DNA of 63,185 nucleotides, filler included, from Octopus bimaculoides (Eukaryota): NCBI RefSeq assembly GCF_001194135.2. It is 4 parts of 3 records of this genome, joined end to end, with 100 filler letters (N's around TTAATTAATTAA, not from the genome) between each part and the next. Parts side by side here need not be neighbours in the genome. Positions count along the whole stretch, not along the records: positions 29,352 to 52,290 come from NC_068993.1; positions 52,391 to 60,906 come from NC_068981.1; positions 61,007 to 63,185 come from NC_068984.1; 1 more part is not named here. One strand, 5' to 3'. How positions within the stretch are numbered: position 1 is the first letter of the stretch; every line of letters begins with the position of its first letter. Shown here piece after piece: positions 51,540 to 63,185 of this stretch. The position numbers and the translations under genes were made by a program. Under the pieces are notes generated by a model. That model was not told where the DNA came from. It saw only the letters and a program-made list of their open reading frames with translations, and ran no database searches.

Positions 51540-52112
51540 AGTGTGGTAGATCCGGTACCGGAAGGATGAAAGGTAATGTTGACTTAGGTGTGATTTGAAC
51601 TCTAAACGCAAAGAGCCGGAAGAAACGCCACTAAAGATTCTGCCAGATCGCATTCGTAATAATGATTAATGGTTTCAAATGTTGGTACAAGGCCAGTAGG
51701 TTGTGGGGCTAAGTCGATTAACTCGACCCCGGTGTTCAAATGATACTTATTTTATTGACCCCGACTAGATGAAATCCAAAGTCGACCTTGGTGGAATTTG
51801 AACTCAGAACATGAAGGCGGACGAAAAGCATTTCATACGGTGTGCTAACGATTCTACTAACTCGCCGCCTTAGGTCACCGTCTTAATAATAATTATAATA
51901 ACGGTTTCAAATTTCGAAGCAAGGCCAGCAATTTCGGGAGGGTTAAGTCGGTTACATCGGCTCCAGTGTTTAACTGGTACTTTTTTTATCAACCTCTAAA
52001 GCATGAATGGCAAAGTCGATCTCGGCGACATTTGAACTCTGAACGTAAAGACGAACGAAATACCGCTAAGCATTTTGCCCAACGTGCTAACGATTCTGCC
52101 AGCTAACCGCCT
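51540..52112 (-). mobile_element. Three tandem family C SINEs
   Basis: Three successive gatgaa..aaagtcga..ggaatttgaactc..acgattct..ctcgcc units. Confidence 0.88.
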
Positions 52113-52146
52113 TAATAATAATAATGATAATAACAATAACAACAAC

Positions 52147-52212
<66 letters not shown>

Positions 52213-52394
52213 ATGAGAATAAGAATCAATTTTATTAGTCACCAAAAAACGGAGTTGGCTACGAGATTAGTTTTATAGGCAGTTAGTTGTNNNNNNNNNN
52301 NNNNNNNNNNNNNNNNNNNNNNNNNNNNNNNNNNTTAATTAATTAANNNNNNNNNNNNNNNNNNNNNNNNNNNNNNNNNNNNNNNNNNNNTACC

Positions 52395-52395
<1 letters not shown>

Positions 52396-52471
<76 letters not shown>
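52396..52471. repeat. (GATA)n microsatellite
   Basis: Direct. Confidence 0.95.
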
Positions 52472-53371
52472 TACTTAGAGATGGTCATTTTTCCGTCGAT
52501 TTATTTGATTTTCACTTCAGTTTATATTTGTATCATTTTTAGTTTATACATCTGTCAAAGTTCTTTCGTCACACATTCTGTGACCTCATCAATCACTGTC
52601 CCATGTGTCCCTCTGTCCCATGTGTCTCCTCTTGTCTTGTTTATTTCATAACATACATACATGCATACATGCATACTACTTAACTACCTACCTACTTACC
52701 TACCTACCTACATACATACATACATACATACATACATACGCGTGCACATGCACGTACGCACGCGCACGCACACACAATCTCACACACACCACACACAGAC
52801 ACACGCGCGCGCTCGCGCGCTCGCGCGCACAATTTTATTCAGATATCAATACAATTAAGTACCATAGCTATTCCAGCTCAGAATTAATCTCTAGTTGGAA
52901 AAAAATGCTATTTCAAAGACTTCAATACATCTGAGTAATAATATTTAGTCTTTAGCTTTTTTGAAGTTAAGAAAATTGGCTACGAAGACCAAAAACTCGA
53001 GTATTTCATGAAGAGACGTCTCTTTGAAAACATTTCAATTCCAAAGCAATTTAGACAGTGGCGCCCGAGGCAGCTCTTGAGGATCCCTCTCCATCGGAGG
53101 CTCTAGGCCTATCCGGACTTATACAGCAGACATAAATGTATTGTTTCCAATAAAAGCGTCGTCTGGGGCCGAACACCCCACATTCCCTATTCCTTGCGAT
53201 GCTAATACCTACAAATCTTACGAAAGGAAAGATATCCGTGGGAAACGGAAACGATGTCTTATGATGTTCAAGGGCTTCTCTTGTTCCAAGAGACTTGAAC
53301 TGAGAACTGTTGGCTAAACAAGCTACCTGTAAGAAGCTACCAGTAAAGTATTTAAATATCATTTCTTATGC

Positions 53372-53505
53372 GCAGGCGTGGCAAAGGAGTAAGAAGTTGG
53401 CTTCCCAACCACATGGTTTCGGGTTCAAACTTGCTGTGTGGGACCTTGGGCAAGTGTCTTCTAATATAACTCCGGGGCGGTCAAAGCCTTGAGAACGGAT
53501 TTGCC
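53372..53505 (+). mobile_element. SINE family A, 5' part
   Basis: gcgcaggcgtggcaaaggagtaagaagttggcttcccaaccacatggtttcgggttcaaac..ccttgggcaagtgtcttc. Confidence 0.85.
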
Positions 53506-53699
53506 TAGCAAACCTCTCCCCTTACTGTTTTAGAAAGTAAGCAACAACACAAATAACTGCGCAGAGGCAGCCATGGTTGAAACAAGAACAAGATCAAGAA
53601 GCATTATTAAAAGAGAAAAGAAGCATGGTCATTCCTTACCCAAGTGACCTTAACTTATCGCCCATCAGTTACTATGCGCTCATAAATTAGTTTGATAGT

Positions 53700-53779
53700 T
53701 GAGCTCTGATTGGTTGTATGCAAATGAGTTCATAACTGGGGTCAGGAACTCACGTGGGAAAAAAATTTCGTGTCCCGCC
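53700..53779 (+). promoter_or_regulatory. Candidate promoter: CCAAT box, octamer, E-box and CSL/Su(H) site
   Basis: CTGATTGGTT 53706-53715 (NF-Y), ATGCAAAT 53718-53725, CACGTG 53751-53756 overlapping CGTGGGAA 53753-53760; CpG-rich unique sequence. Confidence 0.5.
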
Positions 53780-53874
53780 ATGGTGGGAAATATACACGCC
53801 ATGGAAACCGGGAAACCGGCCCTTATGAATCGGTATGATTCGAGAAGGAAACGACCTATTTTCGGGCATATAAG
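53780..53874 (+). CDS. Candidate first coding exon (MVGNIHAMETGKPALMNRYDSRRKRPIFGHI, phase-2 end)
   Basis: Two in-frame cgccATGG Kozak contexts (53780, 53801), open to an AG|GTGAGC donor at 53874/5, directly after the promoter motifs. No homology recognised. Confidence 0.42.
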
Positions 53875-54374
53875 GTGAGCCCCAATTTTAGCCGGCATAA
53901 TCCACGAAAAAAACAAAACAAAAAAAAAACTGCAGCTTTCTCCGAATATTTTAGCTAAATGTCTCACACAATTTCACGTCGAGGAACCATGAAAATTTAG
54001 ACTAACGCCATTTGGCAAAGTATTATGGTAGGCAAAGTATTATGGTAGGCTAAGTTACATTACTTATTTGAACACTACCAAATATCATCACTGGTCTCCA
54101 CCATCACCAGTATTGTCCATCATTAATAACACTCACCAAATCTACTCAAAGCCTGACATTCAGTGTATAAGGTGCAAGGTGGCTTTTGGGATGAATTTAT
54201 TAGAAAAAAATAAAAAACGTGTTTAATACGCCGGAAAATACGATGATTGGGAAATGCATTTAACCGAATTTTCACAATGAGCTGTAAATTACAGAATTTC
54301 AATGATACCGTTGGTAGTAAAACATCGTTACAAATGCTATCAAAAATGTTACATGCATAAAGCAAAATGATAAT

Positions 54375-54570
54375 TTCAAATTATTGCACAAGACCAGCAT
54401 GTTCGGGGATGGGATAAGTCGATCATACCAGCCTCACTGCTTAACGGGTGCATATTTTATCGACCCCCGAAAGGGTGAAAGGCAAAGTCGAGCTCGGTGA
54501 AGTTTGAACTGAGAATGTAAAGATGATCGAAATGTCGCTAACCATCTTGCCCGGCGTGCTACCACTTTGC
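54375..54570 (-). mobile_element. SINE family C
   Basis: ttttatcgacccccgaaagggtgaaaggcaaagtcgagctcggtgaagtttgaactgagaa. Confidence 0.85.
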
Positions 54571-54915
54571 CCTCACCACACAGCGCAAAAACGGAAGAAT
54601 TTTTTTAATGACTTATTTTTCAAAGGGAGACAACTTTAGATATGTTTTTTTCAGTATATATATATATATAATACAAATAATATGTGAGTATATGCATATA
54701 TACGTACATGTATGTACATACCTACATCTACATGTATATATAGAAGCATATCTGGGTACAGGACGCTGCAAAAAAACGTGGACAAAATGAGAAACAGAAC
54801 ATAAACAGAGCACAGAAAACACACAGGCCACATAGAGAACATTTCCTTCATCAGCTGCCACCATTCTAAAACTAAGCGTTTCGAAAAGTTAGAGCAGAAC
54901 AAATTGTTAAAATGG

Positions 54916-54958
<43 letters not shown>

Positions 54959-55384
54959 GAGCACGCGCGTGCCTCACATATTTGTGTATGCTTTAACTTT
55001 TCAATGCTTCAAACTAAAATTATAGTGACAATTTATCATCTAATTTTCCAAACGTGTTGCCGATGGTTAAAATTGATCCTTGCATATAACAAGCGTTGAT
55101 ACCAAACCCAATGGAATATTTGAAATGAAAAGGGAGAAAGCAAAACCGTATTCTAATTTTGATTAAACATTGTATTACCTTGGCTCTCTGAAACGCTTCC
55201 GTACATGTTTTGATATAAAATATTCATGATTTTTATACTATTGGTTTTCTTAAATAAAGAAAATCTATTGCAAGAAATGGGAACCATATTATTCGACCTC
55301 ACTAATAAAAATAAGGGACATTTCTTCTATAGTTATAGTTACTTCCCTTTGACTGTTACTTCGTTGTCAAAATTTAACGAGCTA

Positions 55385-56100
55385 ATTCTGTTATTGTCGA
55401 AGCTGGTAGTATCGTTAGCACGGCGGACAAAATGCTTAGCAGAATTTCTTCCGGCCGGCAGCTGACAGAATCGTTAGCACGCCGGGCGAAATGCTCAGCG
55501 GTATTTTGTCTGCCACTGCGTTCTGAGTTCAAATTCCGCCGAGGTCGACTTTGCCTTTCATCCTTTCGGGATCGATAAATTAAGTACCATTTACGCACTG
55601 AGATCGATGTAATCGACTTAATTCGTTCGTCTGTCCTTGTTTGTTCCCTCTATGTTTAGCCCCTTGTGGGCAATAAAGAAATAAGAACTTCCTCCGGCTT
55701 TACGTTTTGAGTTCAAATGCTGCTGCAGTCGACATTGTATTTCATCTTTTCGTGATTGATAAAATAAGTTGTTTAGTGTGTGTGTGTGTGNNNNNNNNNN
55801 NNNNNNNNNNNNNNNGGGGGGTGATGTAATCGATTAATCTCTCCGCCAAAATTTCAGGCGTTATAGAAAAGAATGGATTGTTACAACGATAGAGACAGTG
55901 GGCTAGCAGAATTGTTAACATACATAACAAAATACTTAGCGGCATTTCTTCCGTCTTTACGTCCTGAGTTCAAATGTCACCAAAATAAACTTCATCTTTC
56001 CTCTTCTCGGTGTCTATAAAGTTATGTAATATATGTTCACTGAAGTCGATGTAATCGATTTCCCTAACACTTACAACTTTTAGGCTTTTGTTCCTGTCGT
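55385..56100 (+). mobile_element. Four tandem family C SINEs including a young full-length copy (55457-55687)
   Basis: gaatcgttagcacgccgggcgaaatgctcagcggtat..gttctgagttcaaattccgccgaggtcgactttgcctttcatcctttcgggatcgataaattaagtacc..ccccttgtgggcaataaagaaataag. Confidence 0.9.
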
Positions 56101-56699
56101 AGAAAGGTTTATTACAAAATCTAGGCTCCCTACAGACTATTGTAGTGAAAAGGCAAGATCATATTTGCGTCCATATAATTCTTCCTCGTTAGTCATTTCA
56201 TTAGACAATGTTAAAATGCTGGTAACCATCTTAATATTTTTTCAGGCATAGCCATTTATTTGTCATCTTTTCAATATTTACAGATATCCATAATGTGCGC
56301 GAGTGTTTTTACAAGGGAAATAACTCTTAGTTATGATTGCTTCCCTTGGAGGTTTTTGTTTTTTTCTTTTTTTATGTGTTGGGACTAAGATATTGTGAGC
56401 AAAAAATTCGAAAAAGATTCGTAGTCGATAGTATGGAGGCACAATTCTTGTTGTTCTTTTTTTGTTTTGCTTTTTCAGAATGTCATATATGTAGAGTTAA
56501 AATTCTGTAGGGAAGAAAAAGAATTCTTATTTCTAATATTTGCGAGTCTAGTGGAATACATCGACTACGTGAACAGACGCTTTAGTTTATCGATACCACG
56601 GATAAACGACAAAGTTCACCTCAGGTGGATTTTCAGCATAAAATATTGACTGATGCTTTTGAGGCTGATTCGCAAGGAACGGAAAATACACCAGCAGTT

Positions 56700-57400
56700 T
56701 TATTTTGTTTATTGGTTTGCTTTGAAAAGAGGAGCTGAGCTAAAATCCTTCGTAAACCACTCACCACTACCTCATGACCAATGAAATCGATGCAGTCAAC
56801 GTTCCTCTTGAACTGTTGACAGTTTATGTTGACAGTGTCAAAGGATTTATCTTTCTTGTGAATGCCACGCGCAATGGTATATTCCCAAATGTCAGAAAGT
56901 GCTCCTAAAGAGAAAGAAGAATTTGATAAGTATTTGGAGCGCATTGTTTGAGGATAATGGAAAGGGTATTTTAAGAACTGATGGCTTTGTTTGTTTGAAA
57001 TGATTAGAGATGCTTCCACACTTTGCGACACGTATGCACAATGGCGAACCATGTAGAATGGGAAAGGTTGTTTTGGCGATTTACCAGTGTGTACAGTATG
57101 AATACAAATGCTAAGTGGACAGTAAACGTGGAAGATTTCACAATGGGCGTACTTCTTGTAGAACCATCATGATTAGAAAAAACGAAAGACAGATTCTACA
57201 AAACTGGTGGAGATAGCTTTAGCAAGGCACCAAAGGATCAATGACAACAGCAAGCTCCGCAGACCTCCGCCAAGCAGCTTATTTTAAGATAGATACGCGA
57301 GTAAAATTACTAATAGAGAAACGAAAATAAACTTTGGAAACAGCAACGCCACCATGGGTTATGTGGAAACGATGAACGTGTTTTCAAAGGAGATAATCAA
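56700..57400 (+). mobile_element. Possible degenerate LINE (RTE-like) endonuclease region
   Basis: VYSQMSESAPKEKEEFDKYLERI resembles VYAPT....EEKEEFY..L of APE domains, with a later PPW resembling the linker KPW; many stops. Confidence 0.4.
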
Positions 57401-57469
57401 AGAACGTAACTAATACTTCATATAAAGTAAATATAACAAATGAAAAATCCTTCAAGAATCCATAAAAAT

Positions 57470-57625
57470 TCCCGGATCTATCATCTGTTCCTTGCGTCAT
57501 TACCAACATTTCCTGCAAGTTTCATTATACTGTTCACAACTTTTTGAGTTATTTTTGCACACAGACGGACAGATGGACAAACCAACGCCGATGAAAACAT
57601 ACCCTCCTTCCCTGGCAGAGGTAAT
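57470..57625 (+). mobile_element. 3' end of a Helentron/HINE-like non-autonomous element
   Basis: cagacggacagatggac..gatgaaaacataccctccttccctggcagaggtaat: GACA-type microsatellite then terminal hairpin, a recalled end pattern. Confidence 0.4.
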
Positions 57626-58252
57626 AAAGAAGAATTATTTCCTGGATTTAGCTTATAATTTGGGGGGAGGGGGCATCTAAAGAAATGTTGTAGGATAATG
57701 ATGCGTCATAGCTCATAATAACCACTGTCGTAAGGTTGGTTCGAATGCTTGCAACAGAGCGAACTCACTAAAAGATATCAATGAATCAACTGGAAAAGGC
57801 AAGCAAATATCCTGACAGGTCACTGAACTGGAAGGCTTCATTTTCTTTTCTTTTTACAGCCACCACCATTTTCAGTTCCTGTTGGTATTGTTATTCATTA
57901 TTGTTAAAAGTCTAAGAATGCTTGTCGGTTACTCTAGTTTATCACGTTCGATACACGTGTTTTGTAGCAAATAGTAACCAAACTGGCTGAGAAAAATTCG
58001 AGCAACAATGGAACACCCATAGGATTTGTTCACAAGAAAACTCGAGAATCAGTACTCTACATCCATAAAACACTTGTTACCTGTAGTGTCCCCCCCTCCT
58101 CCTCCTCCACCTCTTATTGCACTTCCCTCTATTCTACATATATTAGCCTGAAGGTTGGGTTTGGTCATTCAAAACCTTTTGTCTCGATCAGATCATACAC
58201 GGTAACACGTGACATCACTGAAAAGCGAGACCAAGCTATTGGGTGTCATTAC

Positions 58253-58286
<34 letters not shown>

Positions 58287-58475
58287 GGGCGGTGATAATT
58301 GTTGTTGCTGCTGCTTTTGTTGTTGTTGTTTTGTCGTTGTTGTTCCCGTCGATTATAATAGTTTACATGTAAATATATCAAACTCACGATTAATATTAAA
58401 TGAGAAATAAGTGTTGTGCTTCGTTCGGTACGAATAATTTTTTATAGAACGTGTAGCAGCAACAACAACAACAAC

Positions 58476-58511
<36 letters not shown>

Positions 58512-58984
58512 GTGATGGGAGAGAGAAAGGGAAGTGGAGATGGAATGAGAAAGAAATTAAGAAAGAAAACGTTGTTCAAAATGTGGTCGCTTTGTAATTA
58601 CTGACACCACCCTTATTATATATCGAAGTCACATTTCCCAACACGTTCAGGCACTTCACACAACTATCACACGCCTCAATGAAAGTCAGTCATAACATAC
58701 ACCGCTTGAGATGTTTTTTTTTTCTATTTTCCTGAAAAGTACAAAATGTAGAAAATGTAATTTAATCAGTACAGACTTTATGTCACGAAGTGTCTCTGTG
58801 TGATCGCTTGACCAAACAGAAACAGTAACCAAATCTTCCAGCTGTCTTAAGAAGAGGATATATTGAATAATGTAGTTCGGGGAACAAAAGGCTTTCAAAA
58901 TAAAAATAAAAAAAAAAAAAAAAACAGGTGGTCACAGAATGACTTAAAATATGGGTCTGCACGATCAGAAATGACCTAGGATAA

Positions 58985-59715
58985 TAACGGTTTCAAATTT
59001 TGGTACAAGGCCAGTATTTTCGGGGGAGGGTGAAAGTCAATTTCATCGACCTCAGTGCTCAGTTGATACTTATTTCAAAGACCCGGAAAGGATGAAAGGC
59101 AAAGTCGACTCCGGTGGAATTTGAACTCAGAACGTAAAGACGGACGAAATTCCGCTAAGCATTTTGCCCGGCGTGCAAACGATTCTTGTTTCTTTATTGC
59201 CCACAAGGGGCTAAACATAAAGGGGACAAGCAAGGATAGACAAAGGGATTAAGTCGATTACATAGACCCCAGTGCGTAACTAGTACTTAATTTATCGATC
59301 CGAAAGGATGAAAGGCAAAGTCGACCACGGCGGAATTTGAAGTCAGAACGTAACAGCAGACGAAATACCGCTAAACATTTTGCCGGTGTGCAGACGATTC
59401 TGCCAGCTCACCGTTTTAATGGATAGGCGATAACAGTAAGTTTTAATCAAGTACTGGTGGGCAGTGAGCTCCCCTCCCTTTAAAATTCCTGGCTTTGTGT
59501 CTAAACTAGAACCACTGTTTTGTGGGATGTGGATTGGCGAAATCGTTAGAGAAAATGTGATGCGGTCTTTCCCTCTGATTCCTTACGTTTTGAGTTCGAA
59601 ACTCACCAACTCATTCCCTCGGAGGTCGATGAAATAAGCACCAGTCAAATACTGGAGTCGATATAATTGATTACTTCCTTCGCCCCAAATTCCAGGCCCT
59701 TTGTCTATATTGAAA
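58985..59715. mobile_element. Family C SINEs: two on - (58985-59413, second full-length) and one old copy on + (59520-59715)
   Basis: Family C motifs; 59183-59413 is the reverse complement of 55457-55687 at high identity. Confidence 0.88.
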
Positions 59716-60030
59716 ACAACATTACTTGCGAAAAACCTGAGTATTTCTCTCACAATCGTAAAATACCTTTCAACCAGAGTAAAAAAGTTTCATGTGAATT
59801 TGAATTACATAATGTAGATATATATTTTGATTGATACTGGAAAACGGAAACGCGAAGGTGGGGCCCGCGAGAATTGAAGGCAGAAGTATGCCGGACGAAA
59901 AGGAAATACTGTGTCGATGATGGGGTTAAAACCCCAAAGCAGTCGTGACCAAGTAGCCTATCATCAAAGGCATTCCGTCCAGCCTTCACTTTTCTGCCTT
60001 TTAGCAGTATCTAAAGTTACAATGTCTATA

Positions 60031-60231
60031 CAGTAATCCCTCGCATATCGCGGTTTATTATTTGAGCTTATGTCGATTCCTCCATGGAGTTTTGCATTTA
60101 TAATAAAAATAAATATATACAGATTATTAAGATAATAAAAAAAAATATACAGTACTGTTTCTACTTCACGGACTTTCACCTAACGCAGGGGGTTTGGGAA
60201 CGTAACACCCGCGATAATCGAGGGATTACGG
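60031..60231. mobile_element. TA-flanked Tc1/pogo (Tigger-like) MITE, 201 bp
   Basis: TA|cagtaatccctcgcatatcgcgg ... ccgcgataatcgagggattacgg|TA: 23-bp terminal inverted repeats with 3 mismatches. Confidence 0.88.
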
Positions 60232-60722
60232 TAGTATTCTTTTCATATCCATGATGGTAGGGAATGATTTGACGGTGATATAGTTGGTTGCTTGTGTTAT
60301 CGTTATTGTTGTTGTTGTTGCTGTTGCTGAAGTTATTGCTGTTTTAGCTCAGGTCAACACTTAACAGTATTATACATTGCAGCCATGAACATCTCGTCCC
60401 TTTCCTGCGTGCAAGGAATTCAAGACCCCATTATTGTATCCTTTTCTAAGACGGTATGGAGAAAAGTGAGAGAGATTTGGTTATTATTTCTAGTAAATAG
60501 AACGAGCAAATAGCGCCTCCCCTACAGAATTTGGTTTTGAACGCCATCCTAGTTTCTTTCTGGTTCAGTGTTCCAGATAAATAAAACACAAATAGTTTAC
60601 GTGATAATTGGTGAAAAAATCAAGAAAAATTTTGGTGGAAAATGGAAGGAAACCAAGATAAATACAAAAGAAATTACTGATTTTCATAGCATAAATTAAT
60701 ATATAATTATATTGTAGATATC

Positions 60723-60754
<32 letters not shown>

Positions 60755-61111
60755 TAAAGAAATATTCTATGATATTATATAAGTCGGTACACATGATGTA
60801 GATAACTGTGTACTGCGATACTCATAAATATATTTATTTTTTAGGCACAAGACTACACGTTTGAAGGAACCAGCCGATTAAATCAATCCAAGTATTTGTG
60901 TGTGTGNNNNNNNNNNNNNNNNNNNNNNNNNNNNNNNNNNNNNNNNNNNNTTAATTAATTAANNNNNNNNNNNNNNNNNNNNNNNNNNNNNNNNNNNNNN
61001 NNNNNNAAGCAGACCGAGTGCAGATATGAATAGCATATGGGAACTGGTATTGAGGAAGGATAGAAAAATAATAGATATATAAGCCCTAAAATTCACTCCA
61101 TAATTGCCCAC

Positions 61112-61360
61112 GGGCATATGGCGTAGTGGTTAAGAGCGCGGTCTACTAACCCCAAGATTCCGAGTTCGATTCACGGCAGCGACCTGATTAATAATAATAA
61201 TAATAATAATAATATAATAATAGTAACATCGTTAGGAATGAAAACCCAGGTTCGAAATTTCCCCAAGACACCTGACGAAGGCTGAAGGGTATATCAACCG
61301 AAACGTTGTGTTAACAACAAACAAGATGAGGACAAATATCCGTCAAATATAAATAATGTA
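61112..61360 (+). mobile_element. tRNA-headed SINE with (AAT)n spacer and hammerhead-containing tail
   Basis: Head gggcatatggcgtagtggttaagagcgcgg..ccgagttcgattcacggc has A box TGGCGTAGTGG and B box GAGTTCGATTC. Confidence 0.8.
61267..61312 (+). ncRNA. Minimal type I hammerhead ribozyme-like motif
   Basis: gacac-CTGACGA-a-ggctga/tcaacc (stem II, one C.A mismatch)-GAAAC-GT-T-gtgtt; 5-bp stem I gacac/gtgtt; palindromic AACGTT stem III. Confidence 0.6.
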
Positions 61361-61651
61361 AATAATTCCTCATCTCTTAAATATAGAACTGTATTCTCTA
61401 ATTTGTCAAGCAATTTTTTACGATGGCAGGTTGTGGTTTCGGGAATAATCGGTTGCTATTTTCTAGCAACTAATTTCACGCATCGGTTCGAACAGGTACA
61501 TAGAATCTCTCCCAATGTTGCATGTTGCAACCGTATCTAATTCTTAAACTGTCATCGAAATAGCACTGTCATAATAGTATGAAATCATACATTTTCTTGA
61601 CAAACTCTCCATCGGTTTTCCAGGACATTGCTTTTCAAATTCTTTTACTTC

Positions 61652-62038
61652 GTTGTTGTTGGCACTCCGTCGCTTACGACGTCGAGGGTTCCAGTTGATC
61701 CGATCAACGGAACAGCCTGCTCGTGAAATTAACGTGCAAGTGGCTGAGCACTCCACAGACACGTGTACCCTTAACGTAGTTCTCGGGGGTATTCAACGTG
61801 ACACAGTGTGACAAGGCTGACCCTTTGAATTACAGGCACAACAGAAACAGGAAGTCAGAGTGAGAGAAAGTTGTGGTGAAAGAGGACAGCAGGGTTCGCC
61901 ACCATCCCCTGCCGGAGCCTCGTGGACCATTAGGTGTTTTCGCTCAATAAACACTCACAACGCCCGGTCTGGGAATCGAGACCCCGATCCTATGACCGCG
62001 AGTCCGCTGCCCTAACCACTTGGCCATTGCGCGTCCGC
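61652..62038 (-). mobile_element. tRNA-derived SINE family D (CpG-intact copy)
   Basis: Head gcgcaatggccaagtggttagggcagcggactcgcgg..ggtctcgattcccagaccggg; colinear with 13233-13615. Confidence 0.92.
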
Positions 62039-63138
62039 CTTTTACTTCGTAGAACACGAGAAATAAAAACCTACTACTGGTGCAACTTACATGGAAAGTA
62101 AAAGGGAAAAAAGAACTTACCTTTAAATTTGAAATCAACAACAACAAAATTTTAAAACTTTTTGCTTATTTCATTGAGCTTCTGGTATATAACAAAATTA
62201 TGAAAGAACCACGTTTCTCAAAACGTTGAAGCGTTAATATTGGTTTTCCACGGACATAAACTATATTTTAAAACCTCATTGTGCACTTACTTAACCCATG
62301 TAGTGTATTGTACGAGAACCATTGCTCCAAAAAAAAAAAAAAAAAAAAAAAAAACCAGGACTGCTACGGGTTATTTTCTGTTTTATTTTCATAAAAATTG
62401 ACCATGAAAATTGATCTAATTTGTTCAAACGAATTATTTCTTAACAAGACAATTCTGTCATTCCTTTCGGTGTTATATTAAAACCACATCTAACCAATTA
62501 CATCTGCGGTACCTTCAGGAAGTTATTCTCCTTAAATAAATATATAAGACTAAGGTCAATGGAAGCTACAATTATTTAGCTAAAAAACAGCGGCAAATAA
62601 CGCACTAATTAATGCACTCCACACTTATGTTATTGCGATACCATATGTAGCTACTTCTAGTTTTTTTTTGTTTTTTTGCCACGGATACAAATAGACAAGA
62701 GTCATACATATATAAGTGCAAGGCTGCGCGTGCGTAGTTGTGTGTGCGCGCTCTTGTGTATATACGGTGAATGTTTGTACCTATATGTGTGTAGGCGCCT
62801 GGGCGTGTGTTCCAAACGGTGTCAAGCTGCCATTGGCATATCTGTTTCCGGTTGAAATAGAAAAGGTAGATACGTGTCAACAGTTAAATAATGGACGTTT
62901 CTGTCTGTGTAAGAGGGAGGGACAGAAGAAGAGAGAAAGAAAATGTGTGTGTGTGTGGCACTCAGATCAAAAACTGAAAAGATAAAGGAAAGAGAGAAAG
63001 AGGAAGGGAGATAAAGACCAACAGGGAGATGAGGGAGACAGAGAAATTAAGGTAAATCAGAGATAAAAAGAAAACAGACCTTTGGAGAGGTGATGGAAGA
63101 AAAATAGTTGATAAGAGTATGTCTTCATAAAGGAAAGC

Positions 63139-63185
<47 letters not shown>

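Noticed and set aside
53055-53066. TGGCGCCCGA resembling a tRNA-Lys primer binding site
   Set aside because: Only 10 nt match, with no LTR or gag/pol nearby.
53237-53880. HES/E(spl) gene expected from the CSL sites
   Set aside because: No bHLH, Orange or WRPW coding sequence found in the window, and the sites are not a canonical paired-site arrangement.
54841-54892. Minus-strand GAAAC ... CUGAUGA arrangement resembling a type II hammerhead
   Set aside because: Stem II can be drawn, but stem III is only 2 bp and no stem I forms; at most a decayed relic.
61112-61185. Possible tRNA gene
   Set aside because: A and B boxes are present but the acceptor stem does not pair; it is a SINE head.

Overview
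AT-rich, microsatellite-dense eukaryotic genomic DNA from a gapped draft assembly: 12 N-runs, three of them 100-bp joins containing an artificial TTAATTAATTAA spacer. The repeat content (tRNA-headed SINEs at very high density, TTAA MITEs, long CA/TA/GATA tracts) suggests a cephalopod, probably Octopus; this is inference from recalled repeat families, not a search. I cannot identify a complete, named protein-coding gene, and nearly all ORFs in the track are microsatellite or N-run artefacts. Supported content: (1) dozens of SINE copies in at least four families; (2) DNA-transposon relics: a pogo/Tigger transposase pseudogene at about 33.3-34.75 kb, a TA-flanked MITE, piggyBac-like TTAA MITEs and a foldback element with an inverted telomere-like core; (3) LINE fragments; (4) two minimal type I hammerhead-ribozyme folds, one in the tail of a tRNA-headed SINE; (5) a CpG-depleted domain at about 12.7-29.25 kb that looks like a methylated gene body and holds several candidate minus-strand exons of an unrecognised gene; (6) a motif-dense promoter candidate with a plausible first coding exon at 53.7-53.9 kb. 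SINE family letters A-E are my own labels, and repeat boundaries are approximate (tens of bp).
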